Notes: generated by a model not told the origin, from the letters alone. A stretch of 64,000 bases of DNA from a bacterium (GCA_963693055.1 OY843751.1:384001-448000); one strand, 5' to 3'. Shown: positions 38,901-47,225, numbered from the stretch's first letter. Made by a program: numbers and translations.

Positions 38901-40630
38901 TTGCGGCATACCAGAGCGGATATGACGCGGATGGCCGTTACTGGTCACAAGACAATCTTGGCGGCACAGCTGACACCAGTCTGGTAGGCCAGTACAGCAG
39001 TGACGATGTAGATGTCATGGACTATCACATCCTTCAAGCCTGGGCCAGCGGTATTGACGGCTTTGCAGTGAACTGGTACGGCTGGTACTCGTGGGAAAAC
39101 CAGGGAGTTAAATCTCTGCTTGACCGCGCGGAACTGTTGAACGAACACTATGGCGACAAGGGATTCCATTTTGAGATCGCTGCCGCCATGAATGAAAACG
39201 CAAACGGTACACTGGACTCTAACCTGACCTATATCGCAGATTCTCTGCTGGCTCACAAAGCCTACTGGGGAACTGAACGCCAGGTAAAACGTCCGGTATT
39301 CATCAACAACCAGGAAGAAGCTTTACTGCTTCCGCAGACAATCAAGGCCTGCGCGGATACCACCATGCCAATGGACATTATGCTGGTATTCAACGGTGCT
39401 TATGATGATTCCGTAGAATATATGGATGTTATGTATCCGTCGTTGCAAACAGACCGTTATCCCTGGATGACCGGTGCACAGTTTGACGAAGCCTTTTTGG
39501 ATACAGTTTATACCCGCCTGGGTCAGATGGAACAGGCAGACCGCTCCGCTTTTACCGTGGGTGGTGTATGGCCGGGTTACGATGATCGTAACTGGGTAGA
39601 AGGACAGAACCAGTATGTAGACGCTGCAGATACCACGGTATTTGGTGCAAGCTGGCGCAAGATCCTTGAATATGAAGAACAATACTCGATCCCATGGACC
39701 ATGGTACAGTCATGGAACGATTACAATCGCGGCACCGCCATTGAACCGGGATTCGGATACAATTACAACTATAATGTATTGACTCGTGATTACGCGCGTC
39801 TTTACAAAGATCCATTGGTACCTGTAGATTCTGTAGGTGTTGCAGACATGGGTATGTTGGTACCGAGATACATTTACATGGCCAGACTGGCAGCCAAGGT
39901 ACATCCTGAAAACGCTTCAGCTATAGAGGCACAGGTAGACCAGGCATATAGTCAGTTCTTTGACCGTGATTATGAAACCGCCATAACCACCGCTAACAAG
40001 GCCGCGGGCCTGGTACCGCCTGCAATTATTGACGCTGTTGTAGAAAATACCAGCATCACAGTAAGCTGGGAAGCGGTAGCAACTGCAAATACCTATTATG
40101 TACATGTCAGCAAAGACAGCGCAAGTTATATTCCCTGTGCATTTGAAACCGCAGACATGATCAACGCGGGTAATGTAACCAGCTTTACGTTGAGTGAACT
40201 TGAATCCAACACCAAGTACTATATTGCGGTAACATCAGGCGATAGTACTTTGGGTCGGTTCATGGACAGCTGGTACCAGCATGCAGGCGGCAATGCCAGC
40301 ATAACCTCTGCGACAACCGGTGAAGAAGTGGTGACCGGAATTGCGGATGGTGAAAACGCATTACCAAAATCATTTGCACTGGACCAGAATTATCCCAATC
40401 CGTTCAACCCGAGAACGACCATCCAGTACGCTTTGCCCAAGAAACAGCATGTTTCCATCAAGCTGTATAACACATTGGGTCAGCAGGTGATGACACTGGT
40501 GGATAATGAACACAGTGCGGGATATTACAACGTACAACTTGACGGTTCCAGTTTGGGAAGCGGCATCTATTTCTATCGCATCATCAGCGATGACTTTACT
40601 GCCACCCGCAAGCTGTTACTTGTAAAATAG
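32987..40630 (+). CDS. 2547-aa secreted surface protein: about 7 choice-of-anchor-D-like Ig domains, SdrD-B-like repeats, GH99-like domain, Fn3-like domain, T9SS/FlgD-type C-terminal sorting domain
   Basis: GAGGAGG plus GTG start; signal peptide; PEI.V.GN...DDADENPYTFAIRG repeats; G.VW.D.NRDG repeats; GIDGFAVNWYG, VWPGYDDR, SWNDYNRGTAIEP; C-terminal LDQNYPNPFNPRTTIQY...GIYFYRI...RKLLLVK. Confidence 0.88.
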   Translation: MNQNRKRYNYLNLWTFFLILFMVSGFVQTPAIAQDNVDGDGGFVPSGSIEFMGSSVSTKDYRMTPADNGLPKTEGATYMQDTDNENNSLTGTADGDMDNYLYRANSPIEFNIFMTGALPTENAVLTIYAYDVDEEAGEINQVYFNGHFLGNMTGANDVWNTTVFVLDKSWVKSGKNLVQYNVDVNNAGWATAVDWGQLVIDGGSRGQADVAQIDYVDETIGSSTVDVNVNVPVEIIVPGNFKIELNFKDPSGNVITSTARNFTGSSVGQIVNQAYALSYPKNSSSGTYTVEAIVFETEGNTLQVFKTLGFEHTSGSGPVSAPEITVKGQGVEIADGSSSISTGNNTDFGTVDTGSNNALVFAIENEGSADLDLTGSPLVTIGGANASDFTVTSAPTTPIASGGGKVYFEITFAPTASGSRTATVSIANNDDDENPYNFTIGGAGNQTTMPEIDIRGNGVSITSGDTSPDAGDNTLFGSTDIQGGTISKTFVVHNTGDASLTVNSVSLSGVNAGDFSITTDPSGSIETGSSANLEVKFDPSTVGNKTAQITVNNNDGDENSYIFTIQGNGVTNPEIAVTGNSNAIADGSNTPASENNTLFGTLDIQGGNESKTYVINNSGSGTLTISSVTLGGTNAGDFSITTNPTGTVTSGGNANLVIKFDPSAAGTRNATVSIASDDADENPYTFAIRGTGEVNPEIAVTGNSNAIADGSNTPASENNTLFGSLDIQGGNESKTYVINNSGSGTLTISSVTLGGTNAGDFSITTNPTGTVTSGGNANLVIKFDPSAAGTRNATVSIASDDADENPYTFAIRGTGEVNPEIAVTGNSNAIADGSNTPASENNTLFGSLDIQGGNESKTYVINNSGSGTLTISSVTLGGTNAGDFSITTNPTGTVTSGGNANLVIKFDPSAAGTRNATVSIASDDADENPYTFAIRGTGEVNPEIAVTGNSNAIADGSNTPASENNTLFGSLDIQGGNESKTYVINNSGSGTLTISSVTLGGTNAGDFSITTNPTGTVTSGGNANLVIKFDPSAAGTRNATVSIASDDADENPYTFAIRGTGETNPEIDMTGDGNPIVSGDTTPSSVDGTLFPTIDVDDSTSTSTFVINNPGSGVLNITNIQITGDNAGDFSVTVDPTGTVAAGSTADLGLTFDPSAAGERNATVTITTDDANEGTYTFAIRGNGYVTSLDFTMTTNYQDSPSAPGESLALGASVNWTYILTNTGSVTLTNIAVTDDTNGVVGTIASLAAGATDSLTASGNAISGLYAGGASFTTIYNGKEVTGSDASYYTGIVSTISGLVWHDKNRDGIQDAGETGIENVSVNIYDDGSSLVTSDTTDADGNFTLTELEPGDYTVEFSDLTAHFVFSPKDQGGDDSADSDVNIATGITDVVTLAMGEVQTTTDAGIYYPATKVAGFVWNDLNRDGKQQHEEPGVKDIVVTLYDSLNVVVGTYILSDADGKYEFNTLDFGTYSVGFADIPANFAFTTKDLGEDDLIDSDADHFTGITDPFFMLPGDSSMHVDAGLIEMTGVVSGTVFMDKNGNGEQDEEESALAGSKVLLLGASSDSTLSNEQGGYKFAGVPAGSYKVTVKNDSLATFYTTTTGGDTLAVVVEEGGSVSNLNFGYEKISGSIQVVLFNDDNRDGLLSDGEVLLPDVQVVLGDVTGAELNSLSTDADGSVVFPDLDSGVYLVSVNTKDSDLPEAYWPTVADNPFYVTLTLDDPQVNTQVGLNTMSSDGGIIGDFVWHDSNWNRVPEGDEEKLPYVMIYLYRLINPSNARVGLDGNIIQEKVLVDSVRTNYFGNYYFTDVESGEYFVKAHELQYSQDKEWMITSRDSMYVEIGGTDVKLDADFGFAEESEAETGTIKGFVFNDLDSDREYTDGEPGLAGISVELYKKKTLVESAVTDGDGNVTFNDVFPGDYKLSVDGESLPLNYAVTTNNDPEALFLAGSSEYVGQGFGVAEEADWGKTPNRIIAAYQSGYDADGRYWSQDNLGGTADTSLVGQYSSDDVDVMDYHILQAWASGIDGFAVNWYGWYSWENQGVKSLLDRAELLNEHYGDKGFHFEIAAAMNENANGTLDSNLTYIADSLLAHKAYWGTERQVKRPVFINNQEEALLLPQTIKACADTTMPMDIMLVFNGAYDDSVEYMDVMYPSLQTDRYPWMTGAQFDEAFLDTVYTRLGQMEQADRSAFTVGGVWPGYDDRNWVEGQNQYVDAADTTVFGASWRKILEYEEQYSIPWTMVQSWNDYNRGTAIEPGFGYNYNYNVLTRDYARLYKDPLVPVDSVGVADMGMLVPRYIYMARLAAKVHPENASAIEAQVDQAYSQFFDRDYETAITTANKAAGLVPPAIIDAVVENTSITVSWEAVATANTYYVHVSKDSASYIPCAFETADMINAGNVTSFTLSELESNTKYYIAVTSGDSTLGRFMDSWYQHAGGNASITSATTGEEVVTGIADGENALPKSFALDQNYPNPFNPRTTIQYALPKKQHVSIKLYNTLGQQVMTLVDNEHSAGYYNVQLDGSSLGSGIYFYRIISDDFTATRKLLLVK
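34700..36175 (+). repeat. Four tandem near-identical 369-bp (123-aa) intragenic repeats
   Basis: Units start with aatcccgaaat at 34700, 35069, 35438 and 35807; only a handful of substitutions between copies. Confidence 0.97.
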
Positions 40631-40655
40631 AGACCCATTTACCACCTCATATAAT

Positions 40656-40692
40656 AAAGCCCTTGTCTGGATATCCAGGTAAGGGCTTTTTT
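40656..40692. terminator. Terminator between convergent genes (likely bidirectional)
   Basis: aaagcccttgtctgga-ta-tccaggtaagggctttttt. Confidence 0.85.
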
Positions 40693-40696
40693 TGTA

Positions 40697-43234
40697 TTAT
40701 TCGAGAATTAAAAATTTACCGGTTTCTATTTGAGAGTTGTAATGGATTTTGTAAAGATAAATTCCATTGACAAGGGGAGGATTTTCATCTTTATTTATTT
40801 CCCATTGAATTTGATGCAAGCCTGTTGATATTGATTTGTTAATAGAGTGAATGTGTTGTCCCAATATGTTATAAATATCAATTTGGATTGACGCGGCTTT
40901 ATTTAATTGAATCTTAAACGTACAGCCCTTTCCGTTTGATTGTCTGACCGGATTGGGATAACTGCCCAGCAATTTAAAATCCTCTATGATGGCAACATTG
41001 TCGTTGGTTATATTGCTTTGAATATCAGGGGTTCCAAAAATCAGGTGCAGTGGTTGTTTTACCGTTTGCCCATTCGTTTCGAATAGCAAGTCTAAGCGGA
41101 TTGGGATTATTGTGCTGGTGGAGTAACCGGGTTTAAGCATGACAGGAATTTGTAATTCAGAGCCTTCATTTGGCTGTAAAATAGGTATGGATTTTTCCTG
41201 CATGATCTGTAAAAAACCTGAATCTGAACTGCTGATGTAGATATTAGTCGCTTTAACTTTACCGATATTTTTCAATAAAAGTGTCAGATTGTCTATGGTA
41301 CCCGAGGGTAACAGAGTATTGTTGTTTATTGTTTTATAGTCAGAAAGGTATAATGATGTTGTGGGCTCAGGAACCCAGTCCCGTGGTGCATGATAGAAAG
41401 CCGGTGATGCGGTAAAAACAGTCCCCAGGATGTCATAGTCCAAGATCTTGAGGCATAAATCATAGTGACCAAAGGGCAGGTTTTCTGGAATAACTGCCTG
41501 GAAATGGCTGTCTGATATTTTTTTAATTTAAAGGTCAAGAGTAGTATCGGAATTTGTTATTTGCAGGCTTTGATTTGTGTGTGTTGATTCATATAACAAA
41601 TAAAAGTTAATTATATTTGATTGACCGGGTATAACATGAGGAGTTATATGATTGTTTGAACGGATATCTATATGATAAAGAAATGGGAGTTCCCTGGAGG
41701 CACTGTTTCCATAAAAGTGTAGTTGTGAGTGGCCATATTTGTTTTTTATATGATATGGACTAGAGTTTAATATGCATGTAAAGCTGGTGTTTTGAGAGGC
41801 ATAAAAATTATACTTGTAAATATCTTCCGGATAGCCAATTATTTTTTGATTGTCTACTTGATAGTTGTCAGTAAATACTCTTACATCCGTTATGCGGGTT
41901 TTGTTACTGGATAAATAATTATATACAAAATGCCCATTGGCACATTCAAGTCCTGCTGATGCGTCTCCATAATAATATACTCTGTAGAACGTAGAACTAC
42001 TTTTCTCGCAAGTAAAAGCGGGAAAAAGAATGTTTGATGGATTGTTTTCAAGCAACAGTGAGTCATTTTCCTGCAAAGTGTTGAGGTTCACCTTGTTTGT
42101 TAATAATTCTGTGTTCTCATTGTAATACCATGGATTTAAATGTTTAAATTCTATCATACTGCCATCTATATGTATTTGTCTACCTGGTAGCCAGGTAAGA
42201 ACAGGGTCGTTAGTCAGGCTGTCCGAACCCCCTACAATTATATTGTAAGCAGTGAGAATGTTTTTTTTATTTTCAGTATTATATTCTGATTCTGATAGTT
42301 CAATTGTACCTGTAAAAGGCAAATTATCTTGGCTTTTAAAGCCAAGATTTTGTTTCTTGCAAGACAACCATTTTGAAAAGTCATGGTAAACGGTTCCACC
42401 GAACATTAAATATTTATTCAAAGTATTGTAGAGGTTTTGTTTTATATTATAAGAATGCAGATGTTCAGGGCCATCTTTGAGATAGAGGTCGTGCTCTGAT
42501 TTTATGGTATGTTGATAATGTTGCAAATAGGTAATCAGGCTTTGAGTTTTGTCGTAAAACATTTTGATATGTAATATGGAAAAATCGTCATCAAGCATGT
42601 TGGAGTAAAAATTAAACTGCGGGTCATTAATCTGAAAGTTCATTGTCAGAGGTAAAAGCTGTCCATCATAGAGATGCGCCCAATATAGATTTAATTTGTT
42701 TCTGTATATTGTTGTTGCATCTATGGGGTGTCCGTTTTGATGGTAATGTGTTTGTGGCGCTTGAAGATTTGCTGTTTGATGATTGATGTGAATTTCCGTC
42801 GAGTCCGTTAGGTTGTTATTTGTTTGCAAAATGCAATAATAGCTGGGGATTTTTCCAAGAGTGTCTTGTAATATGCAAAACAGGTGATACTGCCCATATT
42901 CGTTGTAATCGATTAAAGTGTAGCCAACATTATTGTACAATCTGCCTGTTGGAACATCATCTCGCCAGATGAAAAGGTCTCTTACCTGTTTGTCAAAATG
43001 TATGACGAGCGTTCCGGTTTCTGTATTTGTTTTATGTTTTTTTTGTACTGTTTTGTTTGGATGGTTTGTTAGATTGAATGTTGAATCAGGTAATTCAAAA
43101 TTTTCATCAATAAGAATCGGTCGTTTAGCATTGTTATTGAACGATTTTAAATCGATTGTGATCTCTTTATAGTCAGCGCTATAGGCAGTAAGCGATAATA
43201 GAAAAAAGACGAATCCTAAATATAATTTCCCCAT
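40697..43234 (-). pseudogene. Secreted protein with a T9SS/FlgD-type C-terminal domain, interrupted by one in-frame TAA at 41528-41530
   Basis: ORFs 41528-43234 and 40697-41443 are in the same frame. The 28 codons between them read openly (IKKISDSHFQAVIPENLPFGHYDLCLKI). Signal peptide at the N-terminus; SYPNP...YNILGQ...GIYLYKI...KFLILE at the C-terminus. Confidence 0.8.
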
Positions 43235-43288
43235 ATTTTCCCCTTGGGATGTGTATTACGCAAAATCAAATAATTTGTTCTAAATAGT

Positions 43289-44452
43289 TTACCTCTTGTT
43301 ATTCAACGGTTTGATAGCGTTCAGATACCCGTCTAAATAGCGACTGTCAGAATTTACATCGGCCCAGAGCACAGCTACTTCATTTGCCAATGATTTGTTT
43401 TGTGTCGAAAGCGAGTAATTTCCCCATTGCCCCAATAGTTGTTCAATCTTTTGGTAATCCTCATCTTCCAGAATATCCAGCATCATGATCTCCTGGGTCA
43501 GACGATCCACGTCTTGCCAGATTTTTTTGCTGAATTGCAGTCCCATAAAGTTAAAATAGGATGCTTTGGTATTTTGTATAAATTCTTTATATGAAGGATA
43601 TCGATACGCGGCATCGGCAAACACACCAAAAGCCTGATCAAAATTTTTGTCTTCAAAAAGTTTTATACCCCATTTCTGGTACAAATTGATCTCGAAATTA
43701 ATGTTTGAGCGAGAGTCCTGGTTGAAATACTGGGCAAGTACCACAAAATCATAAGCCTGACTGTAATTCTTGTGCTGCATTGCCATATACGCGCGGTTAT
43801 AGGCCAGCAGTCCCAAAAGCTCGGTATTGTTGATGGGGCGTCCTTTGGAATTTTCATAAGCATAGAGCCTGTCCAGACCGATCTGGTAGGTACGGTCGTC
43901 GGGATAAAACTGGCGCAGATATTGGGTATACTCGCGCAGGTTTGCCATAATATTGAATCCCATTCCGGATGTGTTTTCAACGGTCAACTGCCGGTCAAAA
44001 TTTTTAAATATGGTATATGTATGTGTGGGGGTTTCGAACGCTTCGGTATAGAGTCCCATATCTTCACAAATCAGATTGAACAGAATTGTTCCGGCAACGC
44101 AATTAAAGCGCTTTTCGCGTACCACATCCAGCAGGGTGGTAGCCATTTCCTTGTATTCCAGCAGCCAATTTTGGTGTAGATAGGCAAAGATACTGGCGGC
44201 TTTTTGTTCCCGCTCAACGGGATTGAAATTGTAACTTTTGAGCGCGTCTATCAGGTTGTTGTACCATTGTGTATATTTTTCCAGCGAATCGGGCTGATTA
44301 GCACCTGAAAGAATAAACGCAGCTTGTACCTTGTTGAACGAGTTGAGCTCTCCGTCTTCAATATCTTTGGTGAGTTTGAATTCAAGATAAGATTCCGCAA
44401 AAAGCGGGGTGGTGAAAAGCAAAAGGAGCAAAAAACTGATTAAAGGTCTCAT
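43289..44452 (-). CDS. Secreted protein with a transglutaminase-like (Transglut_core2/SirB1-like) domain and C-terminal TPR-like helices
   Basis: Signal peptide; RFNCVAGTILFNLICEDMGL...PTHTY...VENT; helical AYNRAY / FDQAFGVFADA units. Confidence 0.6.
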   Translation of the reverse strand: MRPLISFLLLLLFTTPLFAESYLEFKLTKDIEDGELNSFNKVQAAFILSGANQPDSLEKYTQWYNNLIDALKSYNFNPVEREQKAASIFAYLHQNWLLEYKEMATTLLDVVREKRFNCVAGTILFNLICEDMGLYTEAFETPTHTYTIFKNFDRQLTVENTSGMGFNIMANLREYTQYLRQFYPDDRTYQIGLDRLYAYENSKGRPINNTELLGLLAYNRAYMAMQHKNYSQAYDFVVLAQYFNQDSRSNINFEINLYQKWGIKLFEDKNFDQAFGVFADAAYRYPSYKEFIQNTKASYFNFMGLQFSKKIWQDVDRLTQEIMMLDILEDEDYQKIEQLLGQWGNYSLSTQNKSLANEVAVLWADVNSDSRYLDGYLNAIKPLNNKR

Positions 44453-44543
44453 AATCTTTCTTGTTTATTGTTTTCAATTCGTATATATTACTATATATTC
44501 AAGTCTTATTCAACGAAAAAGTTTCACCATCAGGGAAAATCGG

Positions 44544-45602
44544 ATGAAAAAGAATGCAATTGCAGTTTTGTTATTGATGATTATTTACAGCACAGGGGCT
44601 ATTTCTGCAGATTATATCGGATTTCAGCATGAATATTTTCTGGAACAACATCCCAGTGCCAAGGCCAATGCAATGGGACACGGAATGACAGCGCTTTCGG
44701 ATGGGGCATTTAGTGCATATTATAATCCTGCCGGTATCATTGCCAACGCGGGATTCTCTGCGGCTTATTCAGAGATCAGTCCGTATTATTTTATTGACGA
44801 TGCCAGGTACAGTTATTTTGGTCTTACACAAGAGTGGGGTAACTGGGGCACCATAGGATTGAGTCAATATAAATTTGACGCCAAGGCTGGTGGCTATACA
44901 GATGAAAGTGGCTCTCCTCAAACAATGACCTTGTCCATGAATACGCTCACCCTAAGTCAGAATGTTTTCTGGGATCTTGCCCTGGGTTTGAATTTTAATC
45001 TGTATTATTATAAAGATTTTTACGCTCAGGACCATTTTTCTTTTCCGGTTGATGTAGGGTTGTTAAAAAGCTTTTTGATCAAAAGCGAGACCTCTCCACA
45101 GAAATTTACCCTGGGTATGGTTGTGAAAAATGTATTGGCATCCACGATTGATGATGCCGGATTGGGTGATGTCGCTGTATTGCCCGTCACATTTAGAGCA
45201 GGTGCCGGTTGGGAAACCATACTGATGAACCAGGAGGTCATTACGGGATTGCTGCTTTTGGGGATGGAAACAAACATCGAGTATGAAAATATTCTTAATA
45301 CCAGTAATCATTCTGCTTACAAGGCAGGTACGCAGCTGTCTTTGCTGGAATTGTTTTTTGTGCGGTTGGGATATTACAGCTATAGTTTTGATCCTGAACT
45401 GGGCGGCAAAGATTCTTTTAGTGATTTTACTTGGGGACTGGGTGTGCAGGTCTACCTGGATGATTTTGTAGAAAGACATTTTCCGCTTTATCTGCGGCTC
45501 GATTATGCTCAATTGACGCCTCCTACATACAAAACCGGCCTGGAAGACAAGACCAATATGACCCTGGGCGTGCAACTACAGTGGATGTTTGATGATGAAT
45601 GA
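44544..45602 (+). CDS. PorV/PorQ (UPF0164)-family outer-membrane beta-barrel
   Basis: Signal peptide; PSAKANAMG..MTALSDGAFSAYYNPAGI, LPVTFRAG, FVRLGY, RLDYA motifs. Confidence 0.8.
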   Translation: MKKNAIAVLLLMIIYSTGAISADYIGFQHEYFLEQHPSAKANAMGHGMTALSDGAFSAYYNPAGIIANAGFSAAYSEISPYYFIDDARYSYFGLTQEWGNWGTIGLSQYKFDAKAGGYTDESGSPQTMTLSMNTLTLSQNVFWDLALGLNFNLYYYKDFYAQDHFSFPVDVGLLKSFLIKSETSPQKFTLGMVVKNVLASTIDDAGLGDVAVLPVTFRAGAGWETILMNQEVITGLLLLGMETNIEYENILNTSNHSAYKAGTQLSLLELFFVRLGYYSYSFDPELGGKDSFSDFTWGLGVQVYLDDFVERHFPLYLRLDYAQLTPPTYKTGLEDKTNMTLGVQLQWMFDDE

Positions 45603-46677
45603 GATTTTAATAATCCAAAAATTTGGGGATATTGAAAATAGAGAATTATCGTTAGCGTCAATTAATCTGCTGACAGGACCGGATATATATGGCAAGCAGG
45701 TGTATACCCGTACTTTATACTTTTTCAAACAGTTTACCAGTGAAATGATGACCTGTATTGAAAAAGAACTGACGCTGGAAGAATTTGAACAGTATTTGGT
45801 CAATGGATTTGAGAGCCTCTTTTCTCAAGCCATGATTGATAATGTGGAACTGGATCTGCATTATGAACTGGATGGTTTCTATGTGAAAGTGAGCAGACCC
45901 AATACCATTGAAAAGCCGATGATACACTACAGCGATGTATTTAGATCATTGTATGATACCGGACAGTCGCTGTTTCGGGGTAAAGTTAAAAGTTTTCCCA
46001 CCCAGTTGGATCTGTATATGCAAGAGATCCAAAAGCTGTTTGAAAAAGAATTTGGTGAGATATTAAGCAGGGAATTGTCATCCGGTTGGATCAACCATCA
46101 ATTATATATCCCTGCTGAACGGGCAATATATGCCAATGTGCCCCGCGCCGCGCTCAATCTGCTCTGGCAGGACAAGGATATGGATCCCATTCTGATAGCC
46201 TTTGGTGAGATTTATGAAAAATTCAAGCTGCTGCATTTCTATTTGACCAAAAAAAGTGTGGATTTAAAGCGATCACCTATAGATATGCAGGATGTTCTTG
46301 GCGGCAGCTATGTACGCGAACAGGAATCGGATTATATTATTCGGGATGGTGGTAAAAAGACCAATATTATGCGAGCCTTACCGGAAGACAAGGCTTTATT
46401 GCCGCTGCTGGTTATTCTCTGCAATTTGCCGGCGCATCAATACGGCAATGAAGGCAAGACGGTTTATATTGATAGTCCCGAAGTGTTTCTATCTCCAGAT
46501 AAGCAGGTTGAACTGGTTGATCTGGTTGTACGACTGCGGCAAATACGTCCGGATTTACAGTTTGTGATCACAACTGAAAGCCCAAGTATGTTGAATGCAT
46601 TTAAAACATTAACGGAGTCGGAGACTACCGCACAGGTTAATAAACAAGAGATTGTGATAACAGAATTTAAAAATTAG
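45592..46677 (+). CDS. AAA_15/AAA_21-like ABC-fold ATPase with degenerate catalytic motifs
   Basis: IIQKFGDIE..L..INLLTGPDIYGKQ, YIPAER, VYIDSPEVFLSPDKQ, FVITTESPSML match the family scaffold but lack the canonical GKS/T, (D/E)E and TTHS residues. Confidence 0.7.
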   Translation: MMNEILIIQKFGDIENRELSLASINLLTGPDIYGKQVYTRTLYFFKQFTSEMMTCIEKELTLEEFEQYLVNGFESLFSQAMIDNVELDLHYELDGFYVKVSRPNTIEKPMIHYSDVFRSLYDTGQSLFRGKVKSFPTQLDLYMQEIQKLFEKEFGEILSRELSSGWINHQLYIPAERAIYANVPRAALNLLWQDKDMDPILIAFGEIYEKFKLLHFYLTKKSVDLKRSPIDMQDVLGGSYVREQESDYIIRDGGKKTNIMRALPEDKALLPLLVILCNLPAHQYGNEGKTVYIDSPEVFLSPDKQVELVDLVVRLRQIRPDLQFVITTESPSMLNAFKTLTESETTAQVNKQEIVITEFKN

Positions 46678-46678
46678 A

Positions 46679-46709
46679 AAAAATGCCCGCCGTTAAGCGG
46701 GCAATTTTT
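46679..46709. terminator. Terminator between convergent genes
   Basis: aaaaatgcccgc-cgttaa-gcgggcaattttt. Confidence 0.85.
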
Positions 46710-46782
46710 ACAGGAGATGTGTTTGTCTAGCAACTATATCTATCAAAAAAATGTAACACCCTCATCTTTTCATATATTTCCA

Positions 46783-47205
46783 TTATTCATCTGTTTTAAA
46801 CTGAAAAAGCACGTTCTTTTCATGATAAAGCCACAGTGTGTTCAGGTGCGTTTTATATGTGGTAGTCGTCCGCAATAATTTTAAAACCGTTTGGTCCCAG
46901 GGTTCTTTGCCGCAATAGATCTCGGTGCTTGCAATACTGTAAATGATCAAACTGTCTGGTTTTTCAAGTTTATATTCTGCAAACCAGGAGTTGCAATCGA
47001 TTTGTCCATGACAGGTGCTGTCGGCTATGAATTGGATGGTATATTGTTGATTATTGGGGGGAGATGTGTATTACCCATCAATATTGAATAATTCCAATGT
47101 CCAAACAGTATTTAATAAAGGACGGGTTTGCATATCAATATCAGTTGATGTATTACAGCCTAAAACAAACATGCATACGAGTAATGCATAAACTTTCGAG
47201 TCCAT
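46783..47205 (-). pseudogene. META/HslJ-domain lipoprotein interrupted by an in-frame TAA at 47071-47073 (not in the ORF track)
   Basis: Hand translation: MDSKVYALLVCMFVLGC...LLNTVWTLELFNIDG*YTSPPNNQQYTIQFIADSTCHGQIDCNSWFAEY...IASTEIYC...LFQFKTDE. Lipobox VLGC; AAGGGG RBS. Confidence 0.82.
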
Positions 47206-47225
47206 AATTTGCCCCTTAATAAATG

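Noticed and set aside
41326-41538. 70-aa ORF suggesting a programmed frameshift at the A-tract
   Set aside because: The upstream and downstream ORFs are already in the same frame; a single TAA explains the split.
44409-44543. N-terminal extension of the PorV-like ORF
   Set aside because: It overlaps the divergent gene; the signal peptide begins at ATG 44544.
46891-47091. 66-aa plus-strand ORF
   Set aside because: Antisense shadow of the META lipoprotein pseudogene.
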